This document shows, piece after piece, positions 20,258 through 30,206 of a stretch of DNA of 64,000 nt. Both the position numbers and the translations under genes were made by a program. Position 1 is the first letter of the stretch, and each line of letters opens with the position of its first letter. Source of the DNA: Myxococcota bacterium (GTDB lineage Bacteria > Myxococcota_A > UBA796 > GCA-2862545); NCBI GenBank assembly GCA_039208735.1, contig JBCCQY010000026.1, forward strand, positions 1 through 64,000. The letters run 5' to 3'. The notes beneath the pieces were generated by a model. That model was not told where the DNA came from, did not search any database, and saw only the letters and a program-made list of their open reading frames with translations.

Positions 20258-20716
20258 ATGGGCATCGTCGAGCAGGTCAACGACCAAATGAAAGACGCGA
20301 TGCGGGCGAAGGACAAAGCACGGCTGGCAGGTCTCAAAGGGATCCGGGCCGCGTTTATTGAAGCCCTGAAAGAAGAGGGGGCCGGTGACACGCTGCCGGA
20401 CGACGTTGCTGTCGGGATCCTGCGGCGCCTGGCGAAGCAGCGACGCGAAAGCATCACGGCGTATGAAGCCGGTGGTCGCGACGATCTGGTCGATCAAGAG
20501 AAGACCGAGTTGGCCGTGATCGAGGCGTTTTTGCCCAGTCTTGCAGACGAGGCCACCACCCGCACCTGGGTCGAGGAGGCCATTGCCAAGACGGGAGCTG
20601 CGTCTCCGGCCGACATGGGCAAGGTCATGGGGGCCCTCATGGGAGCTCACAAAGGCGAGTTGGACGGGGCGTTGGCCAACAAGATCGTGCGTGAGCTGCT
20701 CGCGGGCGGAGCGTGA
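20258..20716 (+). CDS. GatB/YqeY domain protein
   Basis: MKDAMRAKDK, KQRRESI.AY..GGR.DL..E..EL..IE.FLP, DMGKVMG; GAGGT RBS. Confidence 0.93.
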   Translation: MGIVEQVNDQMKDAMRAKDKARLAGLKGIRAAFIEALKEEGAGDTLPDDVAVGILRRLAKQRRESITAYEAGGRDDLVDQEKTELAVIEAFLPSLADEATTRTWVEEAIAKTGAASPADMGKVMGALMGAHKGELDGALANKIVRELLAGGA

Positions 20717-21180
20717 ACCCCTACCAGAGTCCCCAGCGGGCTGAAGGGGCAGCGGAGGACCTGCTCGACGACCCCACCGCGATCCGCCCAACCGTCATCG
20801 GGCAGGCGGCGGGGGTGGTCACGATGATGGGCGGCGCAACGTTGGCGCTCGGTGCGGTGCAACTGGCCACGATGTTCCTGTTGCGCACCGGTGAGATGGG
20901 GACGGTGGCGCTCCTGTTCACTGGCGGATTGGTGTTGTTGGGACTGGGTCCCGCCGTGATGAAAAGCCGTCATGGGGCGACCGTCATCGTCACGATGATC
21001 GGTGCCGTAGCGACGTTGCTGACCGGTGGTTGGGTGGCCTACGCCTTGATCTACGGCGGTGCGTTGTCGCTGTTGTTGATGTTCGGGGTCGCGATCAGTG
21101 CGCTTGCAACGCTGCTGGCGGCCATTGCCATTGGACCGGCGGGGCGTGTGACCGCCGCCCGCGCCCAGCTCTACGAGTAA
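20713..21180 (+). CDS. Four-TM membrane protein with N-terminal NPYQSP motif
   Basis: GTGA overlap with the yqeY-like gene; four hydrophobic segments. Confidence 0.75.
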   Translation: MNPYQSPQRAEGAAEDLLDDPTAIRPTVIGQAAGVVTMMGGATLALGAVQLATMFLLRTGEMGTVALLFTGGLVLLGLGPAVMKSRHGATVIVTMIGAVATLLTGGWVAYALIYGGALSLLLMFGVAISALATLLAAIAIGPAGRVTAARAQLYE

Positions 21181-21184
21181 AACC

Positions 21185-22150
21185 ATGCACGCGTTCGTGG
21201 TGGAGGACGGGGGCGCCCTCGTCTGGAAGGACGTTCCCACGCCGGAGCCCGGTCCTGGCGAAGTTCGGATCCGAGTGACCGCAGCGGGTCTCAACCGTGC
21301 GGATCTTCTTCAGCGGAAGGGCTTTTACCCGCCCCCGCCAGGCGCTTCGCCGTATTTGGGCCTTGAGTGCAGTGGCACCATCGAGGCCCTTGGTCCGGGA
21401 GTGGACGGGGTTGCGCTGGGTGATCCGGTGTGCGCGCTGCTTGCGGGCGGAGGCTACGCCGAGTTCGTGGTCTGCCCGATCGGACAGGTCCTGCCGGTTC
21501 CCGATGGGGTGTCGTTGGCCGATGCGGCAGGTTTGCCCGAGGTCTGGGCCACAACGTGGATGGTGTTGGAGCAGCAAGCTCGTTTTACGCCGGGGTCCTC
21601 GGTGCTCGTGCACGGCGCGGGGGGCGGGGTGGGCCTCACACTGGTGCAGTGGATTCGGATTCGTCAGGGGCGAAGCTTCGCAATTGCAGGTGACGAAGCC
21701 AAGCTCGCGCGGTGCCGCGAACTTGGTGCGTCCGGCACCGCCAATCGTCATGAGGGCCCGTGGCGGCCGGCCGTTCAGGCCTGGGCTCCCGAAGGTGTCG
21801 ACGTGGTCGTGGACCCGGTTGGGGCATCGGCACTGGCCGATCACCAGCAGATCCTCGCCGTCGGAGGTCGCGTCGTGGTGATCGGATTGCTTGGGGGTCG
21901 CGAGGCGACGCTCGACTTTGGCCGCCTCCTGGTCAAGCGCCAGTCCATCATTGGAACCGTGTTGCGGGCTCGGCCGGTCCATGAAAAGGCCGAGATCGTC
22001 CAACAGCTGCAACGCGAGGTATGGCCGCGGATCGCTTCGGGAGACCTCGACGTGGGGGTCACGCGGGTGGTTCCTCGTGACGAGGCCGATGCCGCACATC
22101 AGGCCATGGCGACGAACGCGACCACGGGCAAGTGGGTCATCCGCCTCTAG
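21185..22150 (+). CDS. NAD(P)H-quinone oxidoreductase (PIG3 type, MDR family)
   Basis: GLNRADLLQRKG.YPPP, LGLECSG, LAGGGYAE, AAGLPEVWAT, HGAGGGVG. Confidence 0.93.
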   Translation: MHAFVVEDGGALVWKDVPTPEPGPGEVRIRVTAAGLNRADLLQRKGFYPPPPGASPYLGLECSGTIEALGPGVDGVALGDPVCALLAGGGYAEFVVCPIGQVLPVPDGVSLADAAGLPEVWATTWMVLEQQARFTPGSSVLVHGAGGGVGLTLVQWIRIRQGRSFAIAGDEAKLARCRELGASGTANRHEGPWRPAVQAWAPEGVDVVVDPVGASALADHQQILAVGGRVVVIGLLGGREATLDFGRLLVKRQSIIGTVLRARPVHEKAEIVQQLQREVWPRIASGDLDVGVTRVVPRDEADAAHQAMATNATTGKWVIRL

Positions 22151-22154
22151 GGCG

Positions 22155-22757
22155 TCACCCGGTCAGCAGGGACCCGCAGCGGTCGCAATCCACCGAACCG
22201 TCGTCATTGAACGCGATGGTCGCTTCGTCGACGTCTGCGCCGCAGTTCGCGCACCGCTTGGGAAGGTGCCGGCGCATGCTTCGATTCACGCTCGGATCGG
22301 CGGCAGGGGCCTTGGGGGTCACGCCGAGCTGATTGCGCAACGTCGGCTTGAGGGTGGCTGCGTCGTCGGCGAACGGCGTGTCGGCCAGGCGATCGAGGAA
22401 GCGTCCGAACAGGCGTGAGGTGCGATCCTTGTCACCATCCTTCTGGGCTTCGGCAACCGCCGCATCGAGCGATGCCGTGAAGGCTTCCCGATCGCCGGCC
22501 ATGGCATGCGCAAGCGCCGCATGGGCGCCCAAGTGCGCCGCAACCCGAGGCATTTCGCGCTCCTGTGCGACGTTGGCCATGCGCTGGAACTTCGTGGCCG
22601 CCGGCTCGGCCTCGCCCGCTGCAAGGTGCGCGTGCGCCTCTTGAATACGCTGTCGCGCGACGTCGCCGAGCCGGTGCTCGACTTTCCGGCGTCCCCCTCG
22701 GCGCACCGGGCCCGTGCCCATCATTGCGCCAGTCGCCATTCGTCCCTTTCGTGCCAC
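22155..22757 (-). CDS. Hypothetical helical protein with C-terminal Zn ribbon
   Basis: GGAGAGG RBS before GTG; C-terminal CANCG...CDRCGS. Confidence 0.7.
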   Translation of the reverse strand: MARKGRMATGAMMGTGPVRRGGRRKVEHRLGDVARQRIQEAHAHLAAGEAEPAATKFQRMANVAQEREMPRVAAHLGAHAALAHAMAGDREAFTASLDAAVAEAQKDGDKDRTSRLFGRFLDRLADTPFADDAATLKPTLRNQLGVTPKAPAADPSVNRSMRRHLPKRCANCGADVDEATIAFNDDGSVDCDRCGSLLTG

Positions 22758-22803
22758 ATCCTCTCCGCGGGTCGGTCTGGATGGGTAGCACGGCGCCTGG
22801 GGG

Positions 22804-23892
22804 TCAGCCGCCCGGAGTCGGAGGGACGGGGGCAGGGCACGACGTGGGAACCGTGGTTTGGTTCGCAGCGATGGCGATGGCCAACGTGCTCTGCTGGACC
22901 TTGAGGAGCATCGCGGTGCCTTGGAAGGCCTTGGCGGCCTCGGGGTCCTGCGCCAGGCTCTCGACGACACCACGTGTGTGTGCGAGGGCGCGGTGGGTCG
23001 AGCAGTCGTCCATGGCCCGGCTGGCGCCGAGCGCGAAGGCGGTTGCGGCGACCGACAGACCCATCACGATGGGCCCCGAGTCATCGTCGGGGGGATGTTC
23101 CCGGTCGATGTGCCACTCTCGAAACCCGATCATGCCCAACCCTTCGGACTGGAAGGTGGCTTTGCCCTTGGTCCACCACGATCGGGCAAGCGAAGCATCG
23201 ACGGGGGCGAGGTACCGGACCGACCAGGCCACGGCGGTTCCGCGCGGCTCGTCGTGAAACGCACGGACGCCTGTCCACTCGGAAACGGGCAAGCCGGGTA
23301 CGGTGCTCGACCGGGCCCCAACCGCGGCGAGGTACCGCTTCCGGGGCTGGTCGGTAAGGGAGAGCCCAAAGAGCCGGTCGGCTTGATGAAGCGCGTACAG
23401 CGTCGCCGCTTGGTCGGCCGGCCAGCGGGCTTTGCCGACCGGGAACGACTGCGCCACCCCGCTTTTGTGGGCAAGCGAGCGCTCGGCCAGGTGGTGGGCG
23501 AGCGCGGGGCCACGTTGAACCTCCGTATGGAGAGGATCGACGCGTGCGAGGGCGGTGAGCACGATGAGCCAGTGCGTCACGTAAAGGTTGTGGTCACCAA
23601 AGGGACCATCCGGGGAGGCAAAGGGGCTCAGCTTTGGATGGATCGCGGCACTGGCGAGTCGGGCGAGCGCCTCTCGAGCCTCATCGAGCGACCATTGACC
23701 GGTTTCGGCCCTTCGTGCGCAGGCCTCAGCCGCATTGGACAGCGCGATGATGCGAAACCCGCGCTTCGTCGAGGTGTCGGTCAGCAGCTGGGTCACGGGC
23801 TCGGCCGTGAGTTCTCGCAGTCGAGTGTCGAGGCTCGGAACCGGCTCGGTCGCGAGACCCGTGCCGAGGCCAAACACCAGCAACGGGATCAT
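22804..23892 (-). CDS. Secreted linalool dehydratase/isomerase-like (alpha/alpha-barrel) protein
   Basis: Signal-like N-terminus; QSFP...WPADQ, PRGT..AW, GFREW, DDDSGP, SVAATAFALG resemble Ldi-family homologs (recalled, not searched). Confidence 0.55.
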   Translation of the reverse strand: MIPLLVFGLGTGLATEPVPSLDTRLRELTAEPVTQLLTDTSTKRGFRIIALSNAAEACARRAETGQWSLDEAREALARLASAAIHPKLSPFASPDGPFGDHNLYVTHWLIVLTALARVDPLHTEVQRGPALAHHLAERSLAHKSGVAQSFPVGKARWPADQAATLYALHQADRLFGLSLTDQPRKRYLAAVGARSSTVPGLPVSEWTGVRAFHDEPRGTAVAWSVRYLAPVDASLARSWWTKGKATFQSEGLGMIGFREWHIDREHPPDDDSGPIVMGLSVAATAFALGASRAMDDCSTHRALAHTRGVVESLAQDPEAAKAFQGTAMLLKVQQSTLAIAIAANQTTVPTSCPAPVPPTPGG

Positions 23893-24642
23893 CTACAGCC
23901 TCCCCATTCCGAACATTCGCGCTGCGTTGTCGTGGGTGGTTTGGGCGACGGCGTCGGCGGACTCGCCCCGAGCCCGGGCCACGGCCTCGATCACCCGCAT
24001 CAGATCGGTCGGTGCGCCACGTGCCTTCGAAGGGCGCGTGTCGGGGCAGTCCGTTTCGACCAACAATCGGTCGGCAGGCGTCGCGCGCGCGCTCGCGGCT
24101 TGCCGCGGGGCGTGAGCGTGGGTGATGGCAAGGCCAAACGAGAGGGACAAGCCGAGTGCCACCGCTTCCGCGACCCGATCGGGGGGGCCGGTCCACCCAT
24201 GGATCATGCCGCCCGCCTGGGGCAGGCCATCACGCCGGATGGTGGCCAGCAATTCCGGGTAAGCCCGCACGCAGTGAAAGATGACCGGCCGATCGGTGGC
24301 TCGCGCCATTGCGAGTTGGGCACGCAAACCGGCTTGTTGCCACGCAAGGTCTTTGGTGACCCGCCGATCCAACCCGATTTCGCCGATCCCAACGGGAGAC
24401 GCTTTCTCCAAGGCAGCGACGATGTCGTCCCAATCCGCCACGCGATCCGCCCAGGCGGGATGGACCCCCAATACGGCTACATCTCCGCCTTCTTTGGCCA
24501 CCGCGCGGGTCCGCTCCCACGTCTCGGGATGGGTGCCGGCCAAGACCGAAGCGACGATGCCGCTCGCACGGGCCTCTGCGATCACCGCCGCACGGTCCGC
24601 CGCAAATGCTTCGAAGTCGAGATGATTGTGGGCGTCAATCAT
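23893..24642 (-). CDS. TatD family hydrolase
   Basis: MIDAHNHLD, LGVHP, IGEIGLD, FHCVRA, IHGW, LVETDCP, TTHDNA..MF. Confidence 0.93.
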   Translation of the reverse strand: MIDAHNHLDFEAFAADRAAVIAEARASGIVASVLAGTHPETWERTRAVAKEGGDVAVLGVHPAWADRVADWDDIVAALEKASPVGIGEIGLDRRVTKDLAWQQAGLRAQLAMARATDRPVIFHCVRAYPELLATIRRDGLPQAGGMIHGWTGPPDRVAEAVALGLSLSFGLAITHAHAPRQAASARATPADRLLVETDCPDTRPSKARGAPTDLMRVIEAVARARGESADAVAQTTHDNAARMFGMGRL

Positions 24643-24779
24643 GGCGAGTGTTCCCCGGTCCCGCAGCGCATCGAGGCTGGCGAGGGATCGTGACATCTCG
24701 TGGCACCTTCATGAGTCCAGGTCCACGCTCTGCGGTCGATGGAGTCGGTGGCGGGGCACAGGTCCCCACGGGGGTGCGC

Positions 24780-25265
24780 ATGAAGACGTACGGCGTCGAT
24801 GAACTCGTGGTCGTACCAGGCTGTGGGGTGGGTCGGGTCGAAGCCGTCGAGACGATGGACGTCGACGGTGAACGGGTCGAGCTGTATCGGATCGATCTCG
24901 GTGAAAGTAGTGGCCGGATGTGGGTCCCTACGAATCTTGTGGACGTTCAAGGCGTGCGCAAGGTCATGTCGCCCGACTCGGCCGAGGAGGCCTGGTCCAT
25001 CATCACCGCGATGGAAGCGCCGGAGGCTCGACAAAACTGGAATCGACGCCAGCGGCGGTACAACGAAAAGCTCATGGCGAACCAGCCCATGGAGTTGGCG
25101 GAGCTGTTGGGCGAACTCGCCGCCGTACGGTCGACCAAGGAACTGTCGTTTGGAGAACGGAAGATCTTCGAGCGGGTACGAGAGTTGTTGGTCTCCGAGA
25201 TTGCGGCGGCGTGTGGCCAGACGCGGGGTCAGGTCGAAGAGCGGATGACCGAGGTTCTGGCCTGA
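24780..25265 (+). CDS. CarD/CdnL family RNAP-binding regulator (no AT-hooks)
   Basis: VVVPGCGVGRV, MWVP, GVRKV, NWNRRQR, LSFGERKIFE...LLVSEIA. Confidence 0.9.
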   Translation: MKTYGVDELVVVPGCGVGRVEAVETMDVDGERVELYRIDLGESSGRMWVPTNLVDVQGVRKVMSPDSAEEAWSIITAMEAPEARQNWNRRQRRYNEKLMANQPMELAELLGELAAVRSTKELSFGERKIFERVRELLVSEIAAACGQTRGQVEERMTEVLA

Positions 25266-25306
25266 CGCCTTTTACGGTGTGACAACGGCACCGGAGGCGC
25301 GTCGCG

Positions 25307-26476
25307 ATGGGCTGGGCATTCGTGTGGTTGGCGTGGATCGGGTGCCGTGGGTTCGACAACACCGCGCCGTTCCTCGAAGTGCGAGGTCCTGTGGGGCCCG
25401 TGAAGGTGATGGCGGAATTCACCATCAAGGTCCACGATGCCCAAACCGCGGTCCGACGACTGATGGTCACCGTCGACGACGATCGATCCGAGATCATCAC
25501 CCTTCCCAAGGGGGCTTCGCCCCATGAACTGGGATGGGTGTTGGGGCTGGCTTCCCTTTCGCAGGGCCCACACATGGTCCGGTTCACGGCCTTTGACGAC
25601 GCATTGGTGGCCAACACGGCGGAAGCCGAGATCTCGATCGACGTCGACCGAATCCCTCCGGACCTCGAACTACACCGCCCCTCGCTCCAGGTGGGTCAAG
25701 GTCGGACGGGGGTGGTCTGGGTTCGCGCCAAGGGCGAGCCTCTCGAAAAGGCCGTGATTCGATTTGGCGATGATCGAGAGCCCATGTTTGAGGTGAACGG
25801 CGCCTTTCGTTCCTTGCGAGGCGTGCCGATTCGAGCCGAGGTCGGACCGCTTCCGTTTGTGATTACGGCCGAAGATCAGGCGGGGAACGCCTCCCGCATT
25901 GAAGGGGCTCTGACCGTGGTGGAAACCGCCTTCGAAGAGGGCGGGTTCATCAAGCTGACGGCAAAACAAAAGCGGAAACGAAAGGACAAGGCAGCCCTCC
26001 GCGAAATGCGTCGGGAGCGGGACGAAGCCTATGCCGTGCGCACGTTGGAACAACGCTGGCGCGAACCGTTCTTGTTGCCCGTCAAAGACGGCGAGTTCAC
26101 CTCCCCCTTCGGCAAGTTCCGCACCTACAGCGATGGTCGAAAGGACCACCATACGGGACTCGACCTGTCGAAAGAGCAAGGTGCCCCGATTCTCGCGCCG
26201 GCCGAGGGTCGGGTCCTCCTCGCGAAACCCCAGGCGATCTTTGGCAATGTCGTCATTCTTGACCATGGACACGGGGTGACCACGTCCTACAACCACCTTG
26301 CGTCGATCGGAGTCGACGTGGGGGACGTTGTGAAGCGAGGTCAGACCATTGCCACCTTGGGCTCGACGGGGCAAAGTACAGGTCCGCACCTCCACTGGAG
26401 CATGGTGGTCGGAGACGATGCGGTGGATCCGGGGCAGTGGCTCCAAGAGGATTTCTCCACCGCTCCATTCCGCTGA
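25307..26476 (+). CDS. M23 family peptidase
   Basis: TSPFG, HTGLDL, FGNVVILDHG, YNHL, GSTGQSTGPHLHW. Confidence 0.92.
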   Translation: MGWAFVWLAWIGCRGFDNTAPFLEVRGPVGPVKVMAEFTIKVHDAQTAVRRLMVTVDDDRSEIITLPKGASPHELGWVLGLASLSQGPHMVRFTAFDDALVANTAEAEISIDVDRIPPDLELHRPSLQVGQGRTGVVWVRAKGEPLEKAVIRFGDDREPMFEVNGAFRSLRGVPIRAEVGPLPFVITAEDQAGNASRIEGALTVVETAFEEGGFIKLTAKQKRKRKDKAALREMRRERDEAYAVRTLEQRWREPFLLPVKDGEFTSPFGKFRTYSDGRKDHHTGLDLSKEQGAPILAPAEGRVLLAKPQAIFGNVVILDHGHGVTTSYNHLASIGVDVGDVVKRGQTIATLGSTGQSTGPHLHWSMVVGDDAVDPGQWLQEDFSTAPFR

Positions 26477-27297
26477 TGTCCAGGTGGGTTGCGGCCCACA
26501 AACCGATGACTGACTTTCGCAAATACCCGCGAATCCCGCATCTTCCGGGTTCCGCACGACATGGCGACGACGACCAAGTGCCCTGGGCCTCGATGCAGGC
26601 CTTTGTGGGGCATCGGGTCGTCGTGACGGAAAAGCTCGATGGGGCCAACGCAGGGGTGTCCTTCGTGTCTGGCGCCTTGCAGCTTCAATCCCGGGGCCAT
26701 GTGCTCACGGGAGGGGCCCGCGAACGGCATTTTGCGCTCTTCAAGGCCTGGGCCGCGGCACAAGAGGCCGCGCTCTACGAGGCCTTGGGTGAGCGCTTTG
26801 TGGTGTACGGCGAGTGGTTGTATGCGCGACACACCGTGTTTTACGATGCCCTTCCGCACTACTTTGTGGCCTTCGACGTCTACGATCGTTCGACCGACAC
26901 CTTCTTGGCTTCCGGCCCGCGCTCCGACCGGTTGTCGGGTCTTCCGCTGGCGACACCGCCGATTCGCTTTGCCGGTGTGCTCGAGTCTCCGGCCGACCTC
27001 GACGACCTGCCGGGTCGTTCCGCGTGCAAGTCTCCTGATTGGCAAGCGGGGCTGCGCGCGGCCACCCAAGAAGGTGAGGTCGCCGAATGGGGCGACCCCG
27101 AACGGGCCATCGCGCAGACCGATCCGAGCGATGAAGCAGAGGGCTTCGTGGTGGCCCTGGAGGACGAGGAGCGCGTGCTCGAACGCGCGAAGTGGGTGCG
27201 TCCAAGCTTCGTGCTGGCCATGACCTTGTCAGGCTCCCACTGGCTGTCTCGGCCCATTCTCGTCAATCGGTTGGCGATGGGAGCGTCGCTATGGTGA
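26476..27297 (+). CDS. ATP-dependent RNA ligase family protein (nucleotidyltransferase domain only)
   Basis: KYPRIPHL, motif I TEKLDGAN, LQSRG, YGEW, FVAFDV, AEGFVV, RAKWV; start at the TGATG overlap (alternative ATG 26506). Confidence 0.9.
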   Translation: MSRWVAAHKPMTDFRKYPRIPHLPGSARHGDDDQVPWASMQAFVGHRVVVTEKLDGANAGVSFVSGALQLQSRGHVLTGGARERHFALFKAWAAAQEAALYEALGERFVVYGEWLYARHTVFYDALPHYFVAFDVYDRSTDTFLASGPRSDRLSGLPLATPPIRFAGVLESPADLDDLPGRSACKSPDWQAGLRAATQEGEVAEWGDPERAIAQTDPSDEAEGFVVALEDEERVLERAKWVRPSFVLAMTLSGSHWLSRPILVNRLAMGASLW

Positions 27298-28418
27298 GCC
27301 TGTTCGAGCCGCCCGGGCCACCGGACTTTCGTGTGGATCTATCTGCCTTGCGACATGACGGGAGTTGGGGAGAGGCGCTCTACGCCTGCCCACAGAACCC
27401 GAAGTGGCATGCCGAAGGCGATGTCGGGACGCATACCGAAATGGTCTGCGAGGCGCTCGTGGCCGATCCCCGATACCGCAGCCTCGACGAGTCCGCTCGC
27501 CAGGTGGTCTGGCTCGCCGCGGTGCTTCACGATGTCGCCAAGCCTCGGACGACCACTCGGATCGACGGCGAGATCCGCCAGCCGCATCACAGTCGAGTGG
27601 GGGCCCGTCTGGCGCGGCGGCTGTTGTGGGAAGCCGGAGTTCCGTTTGCTATCCGCGAGGCGGCGTGCGCCATCATTCGCTACCATCAAGTTCCATTTTG
27701 GCTCATTGATCAGGATGATGCTCGGGGTCGCGCGGTGCGGATGTCGCAATCGGTGCGGTGCGATTGGCTTGGGCTGGTCGCCCGCGCGGATGCGATAGGG
27801 CGCACCTGCGACGACCAACAGTGGATTGTCGACCAGACCGAACTCTTCGAAGCGTTCTGCGCGGAATTGGGATGCTTGGAGGCACCTTGGCCGTTTGCGT
27901 CCGATGCGGCTCGGGTCCGGTGTGGTTTGGATGTCCAGCGAGACCCCCTGGCCCCCGGGGAGCCGTTCCCCACCTTCGACGTGGTCCTCATGTCGGGGCT
28001 CCCTGCGTCTGGGAAGTCGACCTGGTTGTCGACCCATCGGCCAGGGTGGCCCGTGGTGAGTCTCGACCGGCTGCGACATTCGATGAAGATCGATCCCCGA
28101 GGGCCGCAAGGACGGGTGGTGCAAGCGGCCAAGGAGGCCGCTCGCGTGCACCTTCGGGCGAAGCAGTCCTTCGCCTGGGATGCCACCAACCTCAACGCGG
28201 ATCGTCGTACGCCGCTCATCCAAATGGCCGTCGACTACGGCGCTCGTGTGCACATCGTGGTCTGCGAGACGCCACCCGCCGTGCTCCACAGTCGCAACCG
28301 GTCGCGCGAAGCCGTCGTGCCGGCGAAGGTCATCGAGCGCATGGTGGATCGTTGGGAGTCGCCTACCTGGCTCGAGGCGCATGAGCGCACGGTGGTGGAG
28401 TCCGACGCGCTGGAGTGA
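27291..28418 (+). CDS. HD phosphohydrolase + P-loop polynucleotide kinase fusion (HD-Pnk)
   Basis: WHAEGDVGTHT, LHDVAKP, YHQ, ARADAIGR; then GLPASGKST, SLDRLR (DxxR), WDATN, RNRSR..VP..VIERM; overlaps the ligase stop. Confidence 0.88.
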   Translation: MVSLFEPPGPPDFRVDLSALRHDGSWGEALYACPQNPKWHAEGDVGTHTEMVCEALVADPRYRSLDESARQVVWLAAVLHDVAKPRTTTRIDGEIRQPHHSRVGARLARRLLWEAGVPFAIREAACAIIRYHQVPFWLIDQDDARGRAVRMSQSVRCDWLGLVARADAIGRTCDDQQWIVDQTELFEAFCAELGCLEAPWPFASDAARVRCGLDVQRDPLAPGEPFPTFDVVLMSGLPASGKSTWLSTHRPGWPVVSLDRLRHSMKIDPRGPQGRVVQAAKEAARVHLRAKQSFAWDATNLNADRRTPLIQMAVDYGARVHIVVCETPPAVLHSRNRSREAVVPAKVIERMVDRWESPTWLEAHERTVVESDALE

Positions 28419-28474
28419 CGTCCGAGTTTCAAACGCGCCGGGCTCGATCCGACAAAGCCTGAGGGGAGACTCGC

Positions 28475-29413
28475 ATGCCGCAACACACCACGCCGGTCGA
28501 CCACTTTGCCGAACGCACCGGCACCGTACGCCTTCAACGAGGCGATGACACGCTTCAGATTCCCACGATCCGCGTCGTGGCCGGTGCGGAACTCATGGTG
28601 AGCTACGCGGTCTATCCGACGGAGCGGGTGGTCATCGGTCGGGATGCACGCTGCGATCTCGTGCTCTCGGACTCATCGATTTCCCGTCGGCACGCTTGCA
28701 TTACGAGCGATGGCAAAGGGTTGCTGCTCGAGGATTTGGGGTCCACGAATGGCACGTTGATCGGCACGCGGCGCCTGAAGGCCCCGACCCTGCTGCCGCT
28801 TGGCACCATGTTCTATCTGGGTAGTGTCGCGCTGCGCGTTGACGAGCTTTCGGTGGATGAGATTCATCACCTCGAACGACTGGCCCAACGGCTGTCGCGG
28901 GTGACCCGAGATCCGCTCACGGGGTTGCTGGGACGCGGTTGGATCGAGGAGGAGCTTGGTCACCTTGCGACGAGGCATCGTCGTGCCCAGGAGCCCCTTG
29001 CGGCCATCTTTGTGGACGTGGACCACTTCAAGTCGATCAACGACACCTACGGCCACGCGACGGGTGACGATGTACTGCGCATCGTGGCTCGGGTGTTGAA
29101 CCACGAGCTGCGCGATGGTGACAAGGTGGCGAGGTACGGAGGGGAGGAGTTCGTCGTGATCCTCACCGGGTGCACGGAGGCCGACGCGATGCGGGTAGCC
29201 CGTCGGCTGCGCTACGCGGTGGAACGGCACGAATGGGAGCCCTACCTTGGGCAGGGCCTCAGCGTCACCGCGTCGTTCGGGGTGGCGGCGATGAAGAAGG
29301 ACGAGACCCTCGCGGACTGGCTCAAGCGCGCCGATCAAGCGATGTACGCGGCGAAGCAAGCGGGACGAAATCGCGTCTTCGGCGCCGAGGCCCTCGCCCG
29401 AACCGCGGCGTAG
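28475..29413 (+). CDS. FHA-GGDEF diguanylate cyclase
   Basis: IGR..CD....SISRRHA, DLGSTNGT (FHA); DPLTGL, DVDHFKSIND.YGH..GD, RDGD I-site, RYGGEEF, ADQAMY.AK..GRN. Confidence 0.95.
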   Translation: MPQHTTPVDHFAERTGTVRLQRGDDTLQIPTIRVVAGAELMVSYAVYPTERVVIGRDARCDLVLSDSSISRRHACITSDGKGLLLEDLGSTNGTLIGTRRLKAPTLLPLGTMFYLGSVALRVDELSVDEIHHLERLAQRLSRVTRDPLTGLLGRGWIEEELGHLATRHRRAQEPLAAIFVDVDHFKSINDTYGHATGDDVLRIVARVLNHELRDGDKVARYGGEEFVVILTGCTEADAMRVARRLRYAVERHEWEPYLGQGLSVTASFGVAAMKKDETLADWLKRADQAMYAAKQAGRNRVFGAEALARTAA

Positions 29414-29471
29414 GACGGCCGCCTGCGCCCTGCGGACAGCGTGGGGCCCATTGGGGCGGTAGCTTTGACCC

Positions 29472-30206
29472 ATGCGCACCCTGCCCTTCCCCCTCGTCGA
29501 AGCCGTTGTCGACAGCGATGACGACGCCGCCGCCCGGTTCGTGCTCGCCGATTGGTTGTCCGAGCAAGGGGATCCCCAGGGCGAATGGCTCATGTCTTGC
29601 CTGCAAGAGCCGCCTGACCCTGAACGGTTCGAGCGCGTGCAGCGGGCCGTGCATCGAGCCCTCTTTGCCGGATGGCCCGGTCAGCACGCGATCGTGACGT
29701 GGCGAAGAGGGTTCGTCCGAGGCCTCGTCGTGCGATTGCCGGGGGTCAGCCGGACTCAGATCGAGCACGCGCTGTCACATCCCGCGATGTGGCTCGTGGA
29801 GTCCGTCACGTTCACGGCGGCCTGCCTCCCCCTGTTCGAGATCGGTCTGTACGATCAGCTGGTGGCAGCGCTGCGTGCCTCGGGTCCGCATCGTCGTCTT
29901 CGTCAACTCCGCTTTGCGGGGCCTTCCTTGCAGGGCGATCCGGAAGAGACGAGAGAAACATTGCGAGCGGGGGCACCCAGCCTCGACGCCGTAATCGTCG
30001 AACCTCGGCTGGATCCTTCGGCAACCGAGTGGTTTGAGTGTGCCGATCGCCTCGACTTACGCCATGCGGCAGGTGCTCCGGGGCCCTTTAGTCCTGCTCC
30101 CGCCCAAGTGGACCGTTCGCTTGACGCGCAGGACGAAGAGGCGTTGTGGCTCGAACATGCCGACTGGTGTGACCTACGGGACGACGAATCCGATGGGCGC
30201 TGGTGA
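29472..30206 (+). CDS. TIGR02996-type domain protein
   Basis: EAVV..DDDAAARFVLADWL.EQGDPQGE, WRRGFV. Confidence 0.75.
   Translation: MRTLPFPLVEAVVDSDDDAAARFVLADWLSEQGDPQGEWLMSCLQEPPDPERFERVQRAVHRALFAGWPGQHAIVTWRRGFVRGLVVRLPGVSRTQIEHALSHPAMWLVESVTFTAACLPLFEIGLYDQLVAALRASGPHRRLRQLRFAGPSLQGDPEETRETLRAGAPSLDAVIVEPRLDPSATEWFECADRLDLRHAAGAPGPFSPAPAQVDRSLDAQDEEALWLEHADWCDLRDDESDGRW

Noticed and set aside
20048..20791. N-terminal extension of the OmpA ORF (also the extensions of 50565-53867, 52920-56648 and 60959-62593 in the ORF track)
   Set aside because: They overlap divergent genes; better starts with an RBS, signal peptide or family N-terminus lie downstream
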